A stretch of DNA of 64,000 nt from an uncultured Bacillales bacterium (GTDB lineage: Bacteria; Bacillota_I; Bacilli_A; RFN20; CAG-826): NCBI GenBank assembly GCA_905197045.1, contig CAJJXG010000003.1, positions 30,146 through 94,145 on the forward strand, in the 5' to 3' direction. The position numbers were made by a program, and so were the translations under genes. The notes beneath the pieces are model-generated. The model worked only from the letters and a program-made list of their open reading frames with translations, ran no database searches and had not been told where the DNA came from. Each line of letters starts with the position of its first letter. The stretch's first letter is position 1. Below are positions 26,859 through 37,393 of the stretch, in pieces.

Positions 26859-28520
26859 TTATTTTTGATTTTTTATGAATTCTTGATCTTCAAAAAAGGA
26901 TTGATATATGCGATAACCTCCAGCCAAGTGTTTGCACTTATAGCCTCTTTGAACAAGTATTCTTAAAGCAATATAACTTCTTAAAGCACTTTGACAGTTC
27001 AAATAAATATTTTTGTTTTTATCAATTAAATCAAGCTTGTCTCTTAATTCATCAAGAGGAATATTTATAAAATTAGGTATATGACCTTCTTTATATTCAT
27101 TTTCACTTCTAACATCAATGAAAAGGTTATTACTATCTTTTTGTAATGTTTCTATCTCTTCAAAATAAAATTGATCCACTAATCCATTTTTTAAATTTTC
27201 TGCTATAAAACCAATCATATTTATTGGATCTTTTGCTGAGCCAAAAGGTGGCGCATAGGAAAGTTCAGCATTAGCCAAATCATAAACTTTCATATTTCCT
27301 TTTATGGCCATCGCTAAAACATCAATTCTTTTATCAACGCCTTCTTCTCCAACAATTTGAGCGCCTAATATCTTATAATCAGTTTTATTAAAAAGAACTT
27401 TAATATTTAAAATCGAGGAACCTGGATAATATGACGCATGGTTTGTTGGACAAAGATAAATCTTTTCATAAGGAATTTTTTTATTAATTAATTGCTCTTC
27501 ATTAAATCCAGTAGAAGCTGCGCTTAAATTAAACAATTTTAAAATAGATGTACCTAAAGCTTTAATATCATTTTTCTTATTTAAAAGAAAATAACTTGCT
27601 AACTCTCTTCCTTCTCGATTTGCAAATCCAGCTAAAGGAATGCTTACTCGCGAATTGTCAATTAAAGAATCTAACGCAATTACATCGCCTAAAGCATAAA
27701 TATTATCATCGCTAGTTTTATAGTTTTCGTTAATTTTAATTGTTCCACGAATGTCTAAATCAAGATTAGCATTTTTTGCTAAAGCTGAATTTGGCTTTAC
27801 TCCAATTGCTTGAATTAATAAATCGGAAACAATCGTTTCATTTTCTAATTTAATAATAACTTTATCATCATCTTCATTTACTTTTTTAACCATTTTATTA
27901 AGGAGCAATTTGACACCATTTTTCCTTAATTCATGATGAATGAAAGAAGCCATCTCGCTATCAAGATTTGCTAATACATGGGATTTTCCTTCGATCAATG
28001 TTACTTTAATTCCAGCATGCACAAGATTTTCAGCTATTTCTAAACCGATAAAGCCACCACCAATTATAGTCGCCTTTTTAACGTTTAATTTATTAATAAT
28101 ATCTTTAATTTTTATACTATCTTCAACCGTTTTAAGCTCGTGCATTCTTCTAGAATTTTTCGTTAATTTTATCGCTTCACTTCCAGGAGCTAAAATTAAA
28201 CGATCGTAATTATCGTAAAATTCTTCACCATTTATTAAATTTTTAACTTTAATTCGCTTTTCTTCTTTTTCAATAAAAATAACTTCATGAGATACATAAA
28301 CATCAATATTAAAACGTGCCTTTAAACTTGCTGGAGTTTGTAATGTTAATTTACTCTTATCATCAATAACTGAAGAAATATAATAAGGTAAACCACAATT
28401 TGCATATGATACAAAATTTGTCTTTTCATAAATTATAATTTCAGCAAACTCATCCAATCTTCTTAATCGACAGGCAAATGATGCTCCGGCAGCAACGCCT
28501 CCCACAATGATATATCGCAT
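26859..28520 (-). CDS. CoA-disulfide reductase / NADH oxidase family flavoprotein with C-terminal rhodanese domain
   Basis: FAD fold IVGGVAAG, redox Cys SYANCGLPYY, NAD fold IIGGGFIGLE, and a C-terminal rhodanese loop NCQSALRS. Confidence 0.85.
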   Translation of the reverse strand: MRYIIVGGVAAGASFACRLRRLDEFAEIIIYEKTNFVSYANCGLPYYISSVIDDKSKLTLQTPASLKARFNIDVYVSHEVIFIEKEEKRIKVKNLINGEEFYDNYDRLILAPGSEAIKLTKNSRRMHELKTVEDSIKIKDIINKLNVKKATIIGGGFIGLEIAENLVHAGIKVTLIEGKSHVLANLDSEMASFIHHELRKNGVKLLLNKMVKKVNEDDDKVIIKLENETIVSDLLIQAIGVKPNSALAKNANLDLDIRGTIKINENYKTSDDNIYALGDVIALDSLIDNSRVSIPLAGFANREGRELASYFLLNKKNDIKALGTSILKLFNLSAASTGFNEEQLINKKIPYEKIYLCPTNHASYYPGSSILNIKVLFNKTDYKILGAQIVGEEGVDKRIDVLAMAIKGNMKVYDLANAELSYAPPFGSAKDPINMIGFIAENLKNGLVDQFYFEEIETLQKDSNNLFIDVRSENEYKEGHIPNFINIPLDELRDKLDLIDKNKNIYLNCQSALRSYIALRILVQRGYKCKHLAGGYRIYQSFFEDQEFIKNQK

Positions 28521-28682
28521 ATTTCCGCTCCTCTTTTTGTGATTTTATATTATCAAAAAGCCATTAAATAATCATAAATATGCATTTTAAACCATCAAAA
28601 TAACCTTAGTTATTTCCGTGTAAAAAATAAAAAATACTAGGTTTTTGCGGGCTTTTAACACATATTATTGGTATTTTAAAAA

Positions 28683-29765
28683 TCAATTTAAAGAAAAATC
28701 ATTTTTAACTGTAAGAATTAAATCCTTTAAATATTTATGAGTATTACTCATCGCTTCTTTTTCATCAACTTTTAAATCATCCATTATCGAATATAGATTT
28801 GTTTTATAACTCGTTTTATTTTGACCAGTTAAAATTATTACTTTATTTTTATCTGTTAAGTTTAAAATTTGGCCAACTATCTTTTTATGAAAAGATTGCT
28901 CATCGAAAGATCCTTCACCAGTAATAATAAAATCAAAATTATTCTTAATTTCATTATAGTTGATTAACGATAAAGCAAACTCACTTCCTTGGAAATATTC
29001 TGCTTTTAATAAATGTTTGAGAATAAAACTTATTCCTCCAGCTGCACCATCTCCAACTTCATCATTAAGATTTATTAAACTTTCCTTTAATAAGTTTTTA
29101 AAATGGATGAAGCATTCTTCTAAAATCAAAATATCATTATTACTTGCGCCTTTTTGTTTAGCAAAAACAAAATTAGCTCCATTTTTTCCAATTAAAGGAT
29201 TATCGACATCACTTATTAAGCTTATTTTGTAATTTAATTTTTCAAACGAATCAAAGTTTACTTTGTTAACATTTAAAATATCTTTAACTGAGTTAATTTT
29301 AACCTCTTTGTTTTCTTTATAAAATTTTACACCAAGCGCAATAAGCATACCAATTCCACAATCAGAGGTTGAACTTCCACCTAAGCCAATAAAAAGATTC
29401 TTAATATGAAAAGAATTTAATGTTTTTAACACTTCACCTATTCCATAGCTTAAACGAGTAAAAATATTGCCTTTTTCTTTATATGAATAGTTAATAACAT
29501 CTTTGCTTTCAAAATATGCATTATTATTCTCATCAAGCAAAATATTAATATTTATCTCTTCTTTTAAAGGAGAAAATGTTTTTATTTGAATTTTCTTGGA
29601 GCTTTTAATAGCATCTATAAAATCTAAAAATCCATCTCCACCATCAGAAATTGGTAGATAAGTCGACTCACTTAAAAAAGCAGATAAAAATTTTCCAAGT
29701 TCTTTAGATGAAGCATTTTTTGAACCTTTAAAACTATCAATTAATATCAAACATTTTTTACTCAT
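28683..29765 (-). CDS. Glycerate kinase
   Basis: N-terminal LIDSFKGS, GLGGSSTSDCG, and C-terminal ITGEGSFDEQS. Confidence 0.8.
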   Translation of the reverse strand: MSKKCLILIDSFKGSKNASSKELGKFLSAFLSESTYLPISDGGDGFLDFIDAIKSSKKIQIKTFSPLKEEININILLDENNNAYFESKDVINYSYKEKGNIFTRLSYGIGEVLKTLNSFHIKNLFIGLGGSSTSDCGIGMLIALGVKFYKENKEVKINSVKDILNVNKVNFDSFEKLNYKISLISDVDNPLIGKNGANFVFAKQKGASNNDILILEECFIHFKNLLKESLINLNDEVGDGAAGGISFILKHLLKAEYFQGSEFALSLINYNEIKNNFDFIITGEGSFDEQSFHKKIVGQILNLTDKNKVIILTGQNKTSYKTNLYSIMDDLKVDEKEAMSNTHKYLKDLILTVKNDFSLN

Positions 29766-30212
29766 TTATAATTTCTTTTTTAAAAATAACTCGCAGGCTT
29801 GATCAAATGGTGTTTCTTCAAAAAATAGACTTCCATTATCAATATAGCCAAGTCTTCGATATAAAAATTGTGCTTTTTCATCGACTTGAGTCGACAATAA
29901 AACCATTTTATAGCTTTCTTTTCTCATTAAATCTTCAAACTCTTTTAAAGCTTTTGTTCCATAGCCTTTATTTTGCATATCATTTTTAATTATTAAATGT
30001 TCGATAAAAGGAAGTTTCTCCCAAAGAATTGTAAAAAGTAAAATTCCTACCATCTCTTCTTTTTCATCAACTATAAGATAACCATATCTGCCATTTACTT
30101 TATTTAAAAATTGTATTTCGTTAATTCTAGGTAATAATTCATGAACAAATTTATAATCTTTTTCTTTGAGTAATCTAAGCATTCTTTTCTCCATCTTTTT
30201 TAAAGTAATCAT
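29766..30212 (-). CDS. GNAT family N-acetyltransferase
   Basis: Motif A IKNDMQNKGYGTKALKEF, then FLYRRLGY. Confidence 0.75.
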   Translation of the reverse strand: MITLKKMEKRMLRLLKEKDYKFVHELLPRINEIQFLNKVNGRYGYLIVDEKEEMVGILLFTILWEKLPFIEHLIIKNDMQNKGYGTKALKEFEDLMRKESYKMVLLSTQVDEKAQFLYRRLGYIDNGSLFFEETPFDQACELFLKKKL

Positions 30213-30408
30213 ATTTTAACACAATCATACATTCAAACTCTTAGAATTTTTTTCTATTTTCGACCAAAAAAATAGAGATTTGCGAGGTTTTTCATAATTT
30301 TTAAATAGATTATGTCCAAAATTAAATTATACCTTCGAAGGAAAATGCCTTAATTTTCTCTTTTTACATTTAAACTTCTAAACTTTTTTAATATGTTATA
30401 ATAAGTTT

Positions 30409-31236
30409 ATGAAGAAGAAAAAAATATTACTACTGCTCCCATTATTAGCACCTCTTTTAATGTCAAATTCTGCTGGTCCTAATCAACAGCCATACATCTT
30501 TCTTAAGCAAACTTTTACAGCTGAGGAATATGATGTTATAGAAGATAGTAAACAAGTAAAATTCGAGATTAAGAACAATAGTAAATTTTTCTTGAGAGAC
30601 TTTTATCTTTCAGACATCAAAAATCCTGATGATAAAACTGCTTTTTATTATAGTCCAGGTAGTTATTCTTTTTATCATTATATTATTCCGCCTTATTCAA
30701 CAAGCTGTATCTATGCAAGTTATGAGGAACTCGAATTAATCGGCAATGAAACAATTACTCTAGAATACGCTGCTTATGATTATTCAAAAACGAATTCTAG
30801 CATTTCAAGTTTAAGTTATTGGTTTCTTTCTTATGATAGCGAAACAAATTTAAGTCAAATTGATATCAGAGGTAATTTAGATTTTAACGACGACTACTAC
30901 ATTTATACTGTCCTTTACTATATATATGATGAGAAAACATCTGGCTATGTTTACGATGAAGATTATTCAAATATATATGATGGCGGTAGTTTTAAAACTA
31001 CAATTGAACTTTATGGAAATTATGAAGGCTATAATGACAAGTTAATGAACTATGCTATCACCATGGAAAATCCTTCTTCTAATGGCTTAGGAATGTTCTT
31101 CCTTATTATAGGCGTAACAGTCTTTTTAGGTGCTGCTCTTATTATATTTATCATCTTATTTATACTTTTAATTTATAAAAATAGTTCAAATAAGCGAAAA
31201 AAGAAAAAACTTGAAACAAAAGATGAAGCAAACTAG
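30409..31236 (+). CDS. Secreted, C-terminally anchored Tyr-rich protein, unknown function
   Basis: Signal peptide MKKKKILLLLPLLAPLLMSNSA. C-terminal TM plus a KRKKKK tail. No LPXTG. Confidence 0.5.
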   Translation: MKKKKILLLLPLLAPLLMSNSAGPNQQPYIFLKQTFTAEEYDVIEDSKQVKFEIKNNSKFFLRDFYLSDIKNPDDKTAFYYSPGSYSFYHYIIPPYSTSCIYASYEELELIGNETITLEYAAYDYSKTNSSISSLSYWFLSYDSETNLSQIDIRGNLDFNDDYYIYTVLYYIYDEKTSGYVYDEDYSNIYDGGSFKTTIELYGNYEGYNDKLMNYAITMENPSSNGLGMFFLIIGVTVFLGAALIIFIILFILLIYKNSSNKRKKKKLETKDEAN

Positions 31237-31259
31237 AAGCTAAGCTTCTAGTTTTTTTA
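31231..31259 (+). terminator. Rho-independent terminator (hairpin includes the stop codon)
   Basis: aactagaagc-taa-gcttctagtt followed by ttttt. Confidence 0.6.
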
Positions 31260-31724
31260 TTATCTACTCTTTAAAAGCTTTCTAACGTTAATAAAAAATT
31301 CGATAAAGAAATAAAGTAAAAATAAAATTTCAAAAACTAAATAAGAAATTAAAATATCGCTTCCTGTTATAACTAGATAATTGTTTAATAAAGTTCCTAT
31401 AATGTAAGACAAAAAATTAGCTGGAATTGTTAAAAAAGATTTTTTAATGCTATTAAATATCAAATAAAGAAAAGCGCCTTCAATAAATGTAACAATTATT
31501 TCGCCCATTATTAAGAATACGTGTGAATAATCTAAAGCTATATATATTAAATTAAATAATAAATTAGAAACTATATTTAATAATGTTACACATAATAAAG
31601 TTTTAACACTTCTTTTATTGCCAAATTCAAAATAGATTGGTGTCTCAATTAATAAAGTTAAAAATAAAGGATAAAGGAAATTTATTAAATTCATTACACC
31701 TCTAATTTTACACTTTTTTGACAA
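31260..31724 (-). CDS. Small polytopic membrane protein, unknown function
   Basis: 154 aa with 4-5 hydrophobic helices. Confidence 0.45.
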   Translation of the reverse strand: MSKKCKIRGVMNLINFLYPLFLTLLIETPIYFEFGNKRSVKTLLCVTLLNIVSNLLFNLIYIALDYSHVFLIMGEIIVTFIEGAFLYLIFNSIKKSFLTIPANFLSYIIGTLLNNYLVITGSDILISYLVFEILFLLYFFIEFFINVRKLLKSR

Positions 31725-31863
31725 TGTTAAAAGAAATTTGGCGCTCTTAAAGAATTAAAAACTCCTTTAAGATAAGTAAACTTATATCTTTAGAAAGCTC
31801 ATTTAAAAAAGCGAGAACCAATACGTCCCCGCTTGATTTTATAGATTTTTAAAATCGTTTCAA

Positions 31864-33027
31864 TTAATACTTATAAACTTCTATTTCAAGATCAGACATT
31901 GGATAAGAACAGCATGGGTGAAAATAGCCAAACTTCTTATCGATGTCAGCTTGCTTATTAAGTTTTGTAGTTTGAATTTCGCCTTTTAAAATCTTACTAC
32001 GACAGAAACCACATCCACCTAAATGACATTTTGAACGAATCAAAACATCGTTTCTTTCAAGAGCATTTAAAACAGTTTCTGATTGTTTTGCTTTTAAATT
32101 AAAGACTTGATCTTCCATATGAACTACAAGATTAAATGTTTTATCGCCTAAAGCTAAAGTTTCAGGTGACTTCTCAAGTCTAATATGCTTATTATCGAGA
32201 TTGAGTTTTTTAAATTCACCTTTTAAGAAATCAAACATTGCATTTGGTCCTGAAACAAATACACTATATGGCTTATCACTTGGTGCATATTTTTTAATAA
32301 TTTCTGAAGTGATGTAACCTTTTTTGCAACCTTCAATAGTTTCATTACAAACTACATAAACAACTTTTACCTTATCAGTTGCTTTAGTTAAAGCATCTAA
32401 TTCATCTTTTAAAATTACATCGCTTAAAGAGTTAACTCCATAAAGAATAGTAAGATTAAATTTTTCAATTCCATCTTTAATTGCATTAGCCATCGAGATA
32501 AATGGAGTAATTCCAACACCTCCTGCAATAGCAATTACATCTTTTTCATCACGAATTGATGAATAAGTTAAAAATCCACCAGGTTCAGAAGCGAATAATT
32601 TATCACCAACTTTGGCTTTATCTAGGAAATAGCTAGATAAATATCCGCCTTCTTTTCTTTTAATTGTAATTCGATAAACTCCTTTTAAAGCTTCGCTTGG
32701 AGAAGAAGAAATTGCATAAGCTCTTGATACAATATTATTTTCTACATTGACGAATAAAGATACATAACTTCCTGATTTAAAGTAAGCTAATTTTTTAGTT
32801 TCACCATCTGGAACAAGATAAAAACTTTTAGTGTCTTTATTTTCTTCAACAATTTTATCAATTCTTAAATATTGTTTATGTGGATGATAATAGTTAGCAA
32901 GTTCATTAATTCTATATGATTTATATTCTTTAACTTTTGAATTATCAATGGCTTCTAAACGATTCTTCTTTAAATTTTTAAATTTTAACATGTCGCTTAA
33001 GCCAAAAAATGAAACCTTTACCTTCAT
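31864..33027 (-). CDS. Ferredoxin-NAD(P) reductase-like flavoprotein with C-terminal plant-type [2Fe-2S] domain
   Basis: FAD motif RAYAISSSP, NAD motif AGGVGITP, and Cys cluster CHLGGCGFCRSK...HPCCS. Confidence 0.75.
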   Translation of the reverse strand: MKVKVSFFGLSDMLKFKNLKKNRLEAIDNSKVKEYKSYRINELANYYHPHKQYLRIDKIVEENKDTKSFYLVPDGETKKLAYFKSGSYVSLFVNVENNIVSRAYAISSSPSEALKGVYRITIKRKEGGYLSSYFLDKAKVGDKLFASEPGGFLTYSSIRDEKDVIAIAGGVGITPFISMANAIKDGIEKFNLTILYGVNSLSDVILKDELDALTKATDKVKVVYVVCNETIEGCKKGYITSEIIKKYAPSDKPYSVFVSGPNAMFDFLKGEFKKLNLDNKHIRLEKSPETLALGDKTFNLVVHMEDQVFNLKAKQSETVLNALERNDVLIRSKCHLGGCGFCRSKILKGEIQTTKLNKQADIDKKFGYFHPCCSYPMSDLEIEVYKY

Positions 33028-33028
33028 T

Positions 33029-34564
33029 TTATTTATCCTCCTTCATATCACCAAGAGTAAGTTTTGCTGCTAAGTCTCCAGAAAGATAAGCTGAGTTATA
33101 ACCCGAACTTCTCATAGCGTGTCCCCCAGCAAAGCGCAAACCTTTTAATATTTTTTCATCATACATTGTGGTTAATCTTGGCATCATATTATCTAAACCG
33201 CTTGTTAAATAACCATAAATTGTTCCATCTGGAGTTGAGGTGTAATGGCAATAAGTTAAAGGTGTTGCAATTTCTATCTCTTCAATTGCATCTGAAATTT
33301 TACATCCAGTAGATTCTTCAAAACGTTTAATAAATCCTTTAGCGATTTCTTCTTTTAAATCAAAGTAATTCTTTTCATCAACAACCTTATCAAAAATATC
33401 GCTGAAGTAAAGAGAGGTCATATACATAATGGTTGTACCTTTAGGAGAAGCATTTTCTAAGGCATTATTTAAAACAACAGTAACTTGAGAATAGTTATTG
33501 ATGTCTTTCATCGCATCAAAAGCTTCTCTAGAATTTAAACTATCGTAAATAAAATAACTATATGAATTTAACCTAAGTTCTTCTTTAGTTTTGTTAAGCC
33601 CTAAAAAGATAGAAAGCCCTCTTCCAGAAAGTTCTCTAAAACTAGAAAGTTTTAATTGCTCTTCAGGAATTTGACTCTTATCTTTAATCATTTGTCCATA
33701 AACAGCTTCAGGTGAAGCATTTGATATGATATGTTTTGTCAAAATCTTTTTACCACTATCTAAAATTGCTCCATAAACTTCACCATTTTCAACAAGAACT
33801 TCTTTTACGCCATCACCAAAATAAACATCTCCGCCACTATGTTTAATTTCTTCAATTAATGTAGCGCTTATTTCGTGTGATCTTTCAACTGGTACTTGAG
33901 CTTTTAAAGTTATATAAAGATAGACCATAATACAATAATGGACAAAACCTAATCTATCAGTTGATGTACCAAGATATGACCAATAAGTTGTAATAATCTC
34001 TTGAGCCTTTTTAGGCATTTTAATCGCCTTTAAAACTGTATCCACATCATAAACAGCAACTCTCATGAAATTAGGATATTTCTTCATTAAAACTTTACTA
34101 TCTGGTTTACCATGAGACTCATTTAAATATCTCATTGCATCAGAGATTTCTTTTCCTAATTCAAAAAATGTTGTTACAGATTTTCTCGATCCTGGAACAT
34201 ACTCTTCCATCTTGTTAATAAAGTTTTCGACACCAAAAGGCATCTCATAACTTTCTTTTGTTTTAGAATTAATTACTTTAAAAGCTTCAGGTACATCAAC
34301 AAAGTGTAATTTATCTAAAACACCAAGTTCTTCAAACAAAGTATATAAATTGCCATGTCTATCCTTATGACCAAAATCACAAAGTTCATGTAAGGAAGCT
34401 TCAAAATAAAATCTTCCTCTCATAAAGCCAGTAGCAAATCCGCCTGGTAAAATATGTCTTTCAACAAGCAATACTTTTTTGTTAGATTTTGCTAAACGTA
34501 ATGCAGCTGTTAATCCTCCATTACCAGCTCCAATTACTAAAGCATCATAACGCTTTTCTTCCAT
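33029..34564 (-). CDS. Phytoene-desaturase (CrtI)-family FAD-dependent oxidoreductase
   Basis: N-terminal dinucleotide fold YDALVIGAGNGGLTAALRLA...VLLVERHILPGG. 511 aa. Stop and start are adjacent to the reductase gene. Confidence 0.7.
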   Translation of the reverse strand: MEEKRYDALVIGAGNGGLTAALRLAKSNKKVLLVERHILPGGFATGFMRGRFYFEASLHELCDFGHKDRHGNLYTLFEELGVLDKLHFVDVPEAFKVINSKTKESYEMPFGVENFINKMEEYVPGSRKSVTTFFELGKEISDAMRYLNESHGKPDSKVLMKKYPNFMRVAVYDVDTVLKAIKMPKKAQEIITTYWSYLGTSTDRLGFVHYCIMVYLYITLKAQVPVERSHEISATLIEEIKHSGGDVYFGDGVKEVLVENGEVYGAILDSGKKILTKHIISNASPEAVYGQMIKDKSQIPEEQLKLSSFRELSGRGLSIFLGLNKTKEELRLNSYSYFIYDSLNSREAFDAMKDINNYSQVTVVLNNALENASPKGTTIMYMTSLYFSDIFDKVVDEKNYFDLKEEIAKGFIKRFEESTGCKISDAIEEIEIATPLTYCHYTSTPDGTIYGYLTSGLDNMMPRLTTMYDEKILKGLRFAGGHAMRSSGYNSAYLSGDLAAKLTLGDMKEDK

Positions 34565-34935
34565 AAATTAGTTAGCCTCCTAACATGATTTCTAATCGAT
34601 ATTATTCTACCAATTAATAAAGTGAATTGCTTATAAAATACGCTAATAATCAAATTTTTTACCAGTTATTTACCCTACTATAGAAAGAATGAATACTCTG
34701 GTGCGTCGAAGCTTTTCTGATTTAAAACCAATAGTCAAAATAGTCTATTACTAAGCTTATTGAATATATAAATCATAATTTATTACTTACTTTTCACTTA
34801 ATAAGTACTAGAAAATAACTAATAAACTACTAAAAGTGTTTTTTAGCATTTATTTCAACATGTTAATACTATCTTGATTTCAAAGGTAGCCATAAGCGAA
34901 AATAAATAAAGATAAATTTAAAGGAAAAAATAAAA

Positions 34936-35385
34936 ATGAATTATAAGATTATAAACATTAAAGATCACGAAGAATATAAAGACAAAGCTGCTTCTTTTTT
35001 CGCTTCTAAATGGAACATTGAAGAAAGCGAGTATTTAAAAAGTATTGAAGAAAGTTTTACTTCTACTACTTATCCAATGTGGTATTTAGCAATTGAAAAC
35101 GGAACTATTATAGGTGGCGTTGGTGTAATAGAAAATGACTTCCACGAAAGAAAAGATTTATCACCTAATGTTTGTGCTCTATATGTAGAAGAGAATAGAA
35201 GGAATTTAGGAATTGCAGGTGCACTTTTAAATTACGCAATTAATGATATGAAACAAAAAGGAATTACAACATTATATTTAATAACTGACCACACTTCTTT
35301 TTATGAAAGATATAACTGGGAGTACCTTTTAGATGTTAAATGTGATGGTGGAGAAATCTCCAGAATGTATATCCATAAGGAGTAA
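34936..35385 (+). CDS. GNAT family N-acetyltransferase
   Basis: Motif A VEENRRNLGIAGALLNYAI, then FYERYNW. Confidence 0.75.
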   Translation: MNYKIINIKDHEEYKDKAASFFASKWNIEESEYLKSIEESFTSTTYPMWYLAIENGTIIGGVGVIENDFHERKDLSPNVCALYVEENRRNLGIAGALLNYAINDMKQKGITTLYLITDHTSFYERYNWEYLLDVKCDGGEISRMYIHKE

Positions 35386-35386
35386 A

Positions 35387-37006
35387 CTAAAGATATCTTT
35401 TATAAAACTCTTCTTTGGAAATCTTTTTCAATCCATTTTCTTTATCTAATTCATAGATATCATCAAAAACCTGATAAACAAAATTTCGATCATGAGAAAC
35501 TGCAATAAGTACGCCATTATATTCTTTAATCGAATTTATAAACGCTTTATTTGATAGCGGAGAAATATTTCTTGTAGGCTCATCAAGAAGCATAACATTA
35601 TCTTTTTCTAAAATTAATTTGGCAAAGAAAATCTTAGCTTTTTCGCCTCCACTTAATGAAGAAATACTTCTATTCATCTCTTCGTATGTAAGTTTTAAAG
35701 ATCCTAAATAAGTTTGAATTTTAGTTAAATCTTCCTTGTTAGATACATTTAATGTTTTTGATAAATAATCAAGAGGAGATAAATAATTTAAAAGCTCGTC
35801 CTCATAATTTTGTGACATATACCCAACCTTAAAAGAAGTGTTCTTCTTAAGTTCATGATAAATTAAGCGTAACAATGTTGTTTTTCCGACACCATTTTCA
35901 CCAATTAAAGCTACTTTTTTAGCACCTTTTATATATAAAGAAATTTGTTTGTCTATTAAAGTAATTTCGCTATTAACTTTTAACGAGTCAATATTTAAGT
36001 CTAAAACTTCTTTATTTGCATCAACCAAATAGTTAATTTTCGAGTTTGAAGATCCGCTTCTGCCTTTATCAAGATTGTCAAATTTAAGGTTAATTGCATC
36101 TTCAACTTCATATTTTTGAGTTAAATTTTCCTTTTCTTTTATGTAGCGCTTTTCCATTGATTTAATAGAATGCATCTTATCTTTTAAATTTTTAGCCACA
36201 CTTGGCGCTTGGCGAGAAACTGAGTTTAATGCGTAATTTACACTTTGATATACACGATTATATTTTTCGATTTTCTTTTCGAAATTTTCTTTATCCTTAT
36301 TAAACTCTCTAATGTTTTTATCTAAAAAATCTTCGCGAGTTTGATAATAGTCATCGTATGACAAGTTTTTAACACTAACTCGCGCTTCACTTTTACTTTT
36401 AAGTGATTCAATATGGACAATTCTATTAGCGCAACATGATAAGAAATGCTCATCATGTGAAATAAATATAACTGGTATATCTAAATTTATAATCAGTTCC
36501 TCTAATAAATTTAAAGATAAAAGATCCAAGTCATTACTTGGTTCATCTAGTAGTAATACGGTAGGTTCTTTCATAAGTTCAATAAGTAAAAACAGTTTAA
36601 TTCGTTCTCCGCCACTTAAATTACCTACTAGTAAACTACTAGATAACAACTTTTCCTCATCTAAATTGAATTTATCGATATAAAAATAGTACTTTTTATA
36701 ATCTAAAAGCGAGTAATCGATTTTTTCGTTAAGTAGTTCATAAACCGACTTTTCTAGTAATTCTTTTTCAACCATTTGAGGAAGATAGCCGATTTTTTCG
36801 TTTTTAATATTGATAGTTCCTTTAATTTCTAAATATTTAGAAGCTTCTTCTTGATTATAAATCGCTTTTAAAAGAGAAGATTTGCCGTTTCCTTCTTCCC
36901 CAATTATTCCTATTTTGTCTTTTTTATTTACAGTTAAAGAAAAATCTTTAATTAAAACTCTTAAATCTTTTTTTAATATTAATGATAAATTTGAAATTAT
37001 AAGCAT
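35387..37006 (-). CDS. ABC-F family ATPase (two NBDs, no TMD); candidate ribosome-associated or ARE-type protein
   Basis: Walker A GEEGNGKSS and GENGVGKTT, signatures LSGGERIK and LSGGEKAK. A charged inter-domain linker of about 90 aa separates the NBDs. Confidence 0.8.
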   Translation of the reverse strand: MLIISNLSLILKKDLRVLIKDFSLTVNKKDKIGIIGEEGNGKSSLLKAIYNQEEASKYLEIKGTINIKNEKIGYLPQMVEKELLEKSVYELLNEKIDYSLLDYKKYYFYIDKFNLDEEKLLSSSLLVGNLSGGERIKLFLLIELMKEPTVLLLDEPSNDLDLLSLNLLEELIINLDIPVIFISHDEHFLSCCANRIVHIESLKSKSEARVSVKNLSYDDYYQTREDFLDKNIREFNKDKENFEKKIEKYNRVYQSVNYALNSVSRQAPSVAKNLKDKMHSIKSMEKRYIKEKENLTQKYEVEDAINLKFDNLDKGRSGSSNSKINYLVDANKEVLDLNIDSLKVNSEITLIDKQISLYIKGAKKVALIGENGVGKTTLLRLIYHELKKNTSFKVGYMSQNYEDELLNYLSPLDYLSKTLNVSNKEDLTKIQTYLGSLKLTYEEMNRSISSLSGGEKAKIFFAKLILEKDNVMLLDEPTRNISPLSNKAFINSIKEYNGVLIAVSHDRNFVYQVFDDIYELDKENGLKKISKEEFYKRYL

Positions 37007-37130
37007 TTTAAAACTCCTTTTTTTATATAAGTCTAGTTAATTAATATGCTTAAATTCTCAAATTCATCACCTTCTTTCTTTAAAATCATAATCTAAGAGA
37101 ATTATTAATTAAAGTAAAAATCAATTTAGC

Positions 37131-37390
37131 CGACATCTTTAAAGAACATAACGTTGCTTCTAGCTTCCATAAATTCATTTTTAAGATAAAAGTTATATGT
37201 AGGATAGTTTCTTTCAGTAGTTAGAATAATTGTTGAAACTCCATTTCTTTAACACCGACATTTACACCGACATTTACACCGACATCAATCTTGCTTAGGA
37301 CTTTTTCATTAAAAGGAATAGTAAGCCAAAATATAGTTATCTTGAATACTAAAAATATCTTTGCCATAGTGCTCAACTAGAAAAACGCAA
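37131..37390 (-). pseudogene. Decayed GNAT-like gene fragment
   Basis: Reverse frames give ...NGVSTIILTTERNYPTYNFYLKNEFMEARSNVMFFKDVG-stop (a GNAT C-terminus-like sequence) and, in another frame, HYGKDIFSIQDNYILAYYSF-stop. The frames are not contiguous. Confidence 0.35.
37253..37288. repeat. 12-bp tandem repeat, about 3 copies (caccgacattta)
   Basis: caccgacattta caccgacattta caccgacatcaa read directly from the sequence. Confidence 0.9.
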
Positions 37391-37393
37391 TCT

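Noticed and set aside
37253-37288. CRISPR-like or other array interpretation of the caccgacattta repeats
   Set aside because: The copies are contiguous 12-mers without spacers, only about 3 of them, and they sit inside a decayed ORF. This is a simple tandem duplication.
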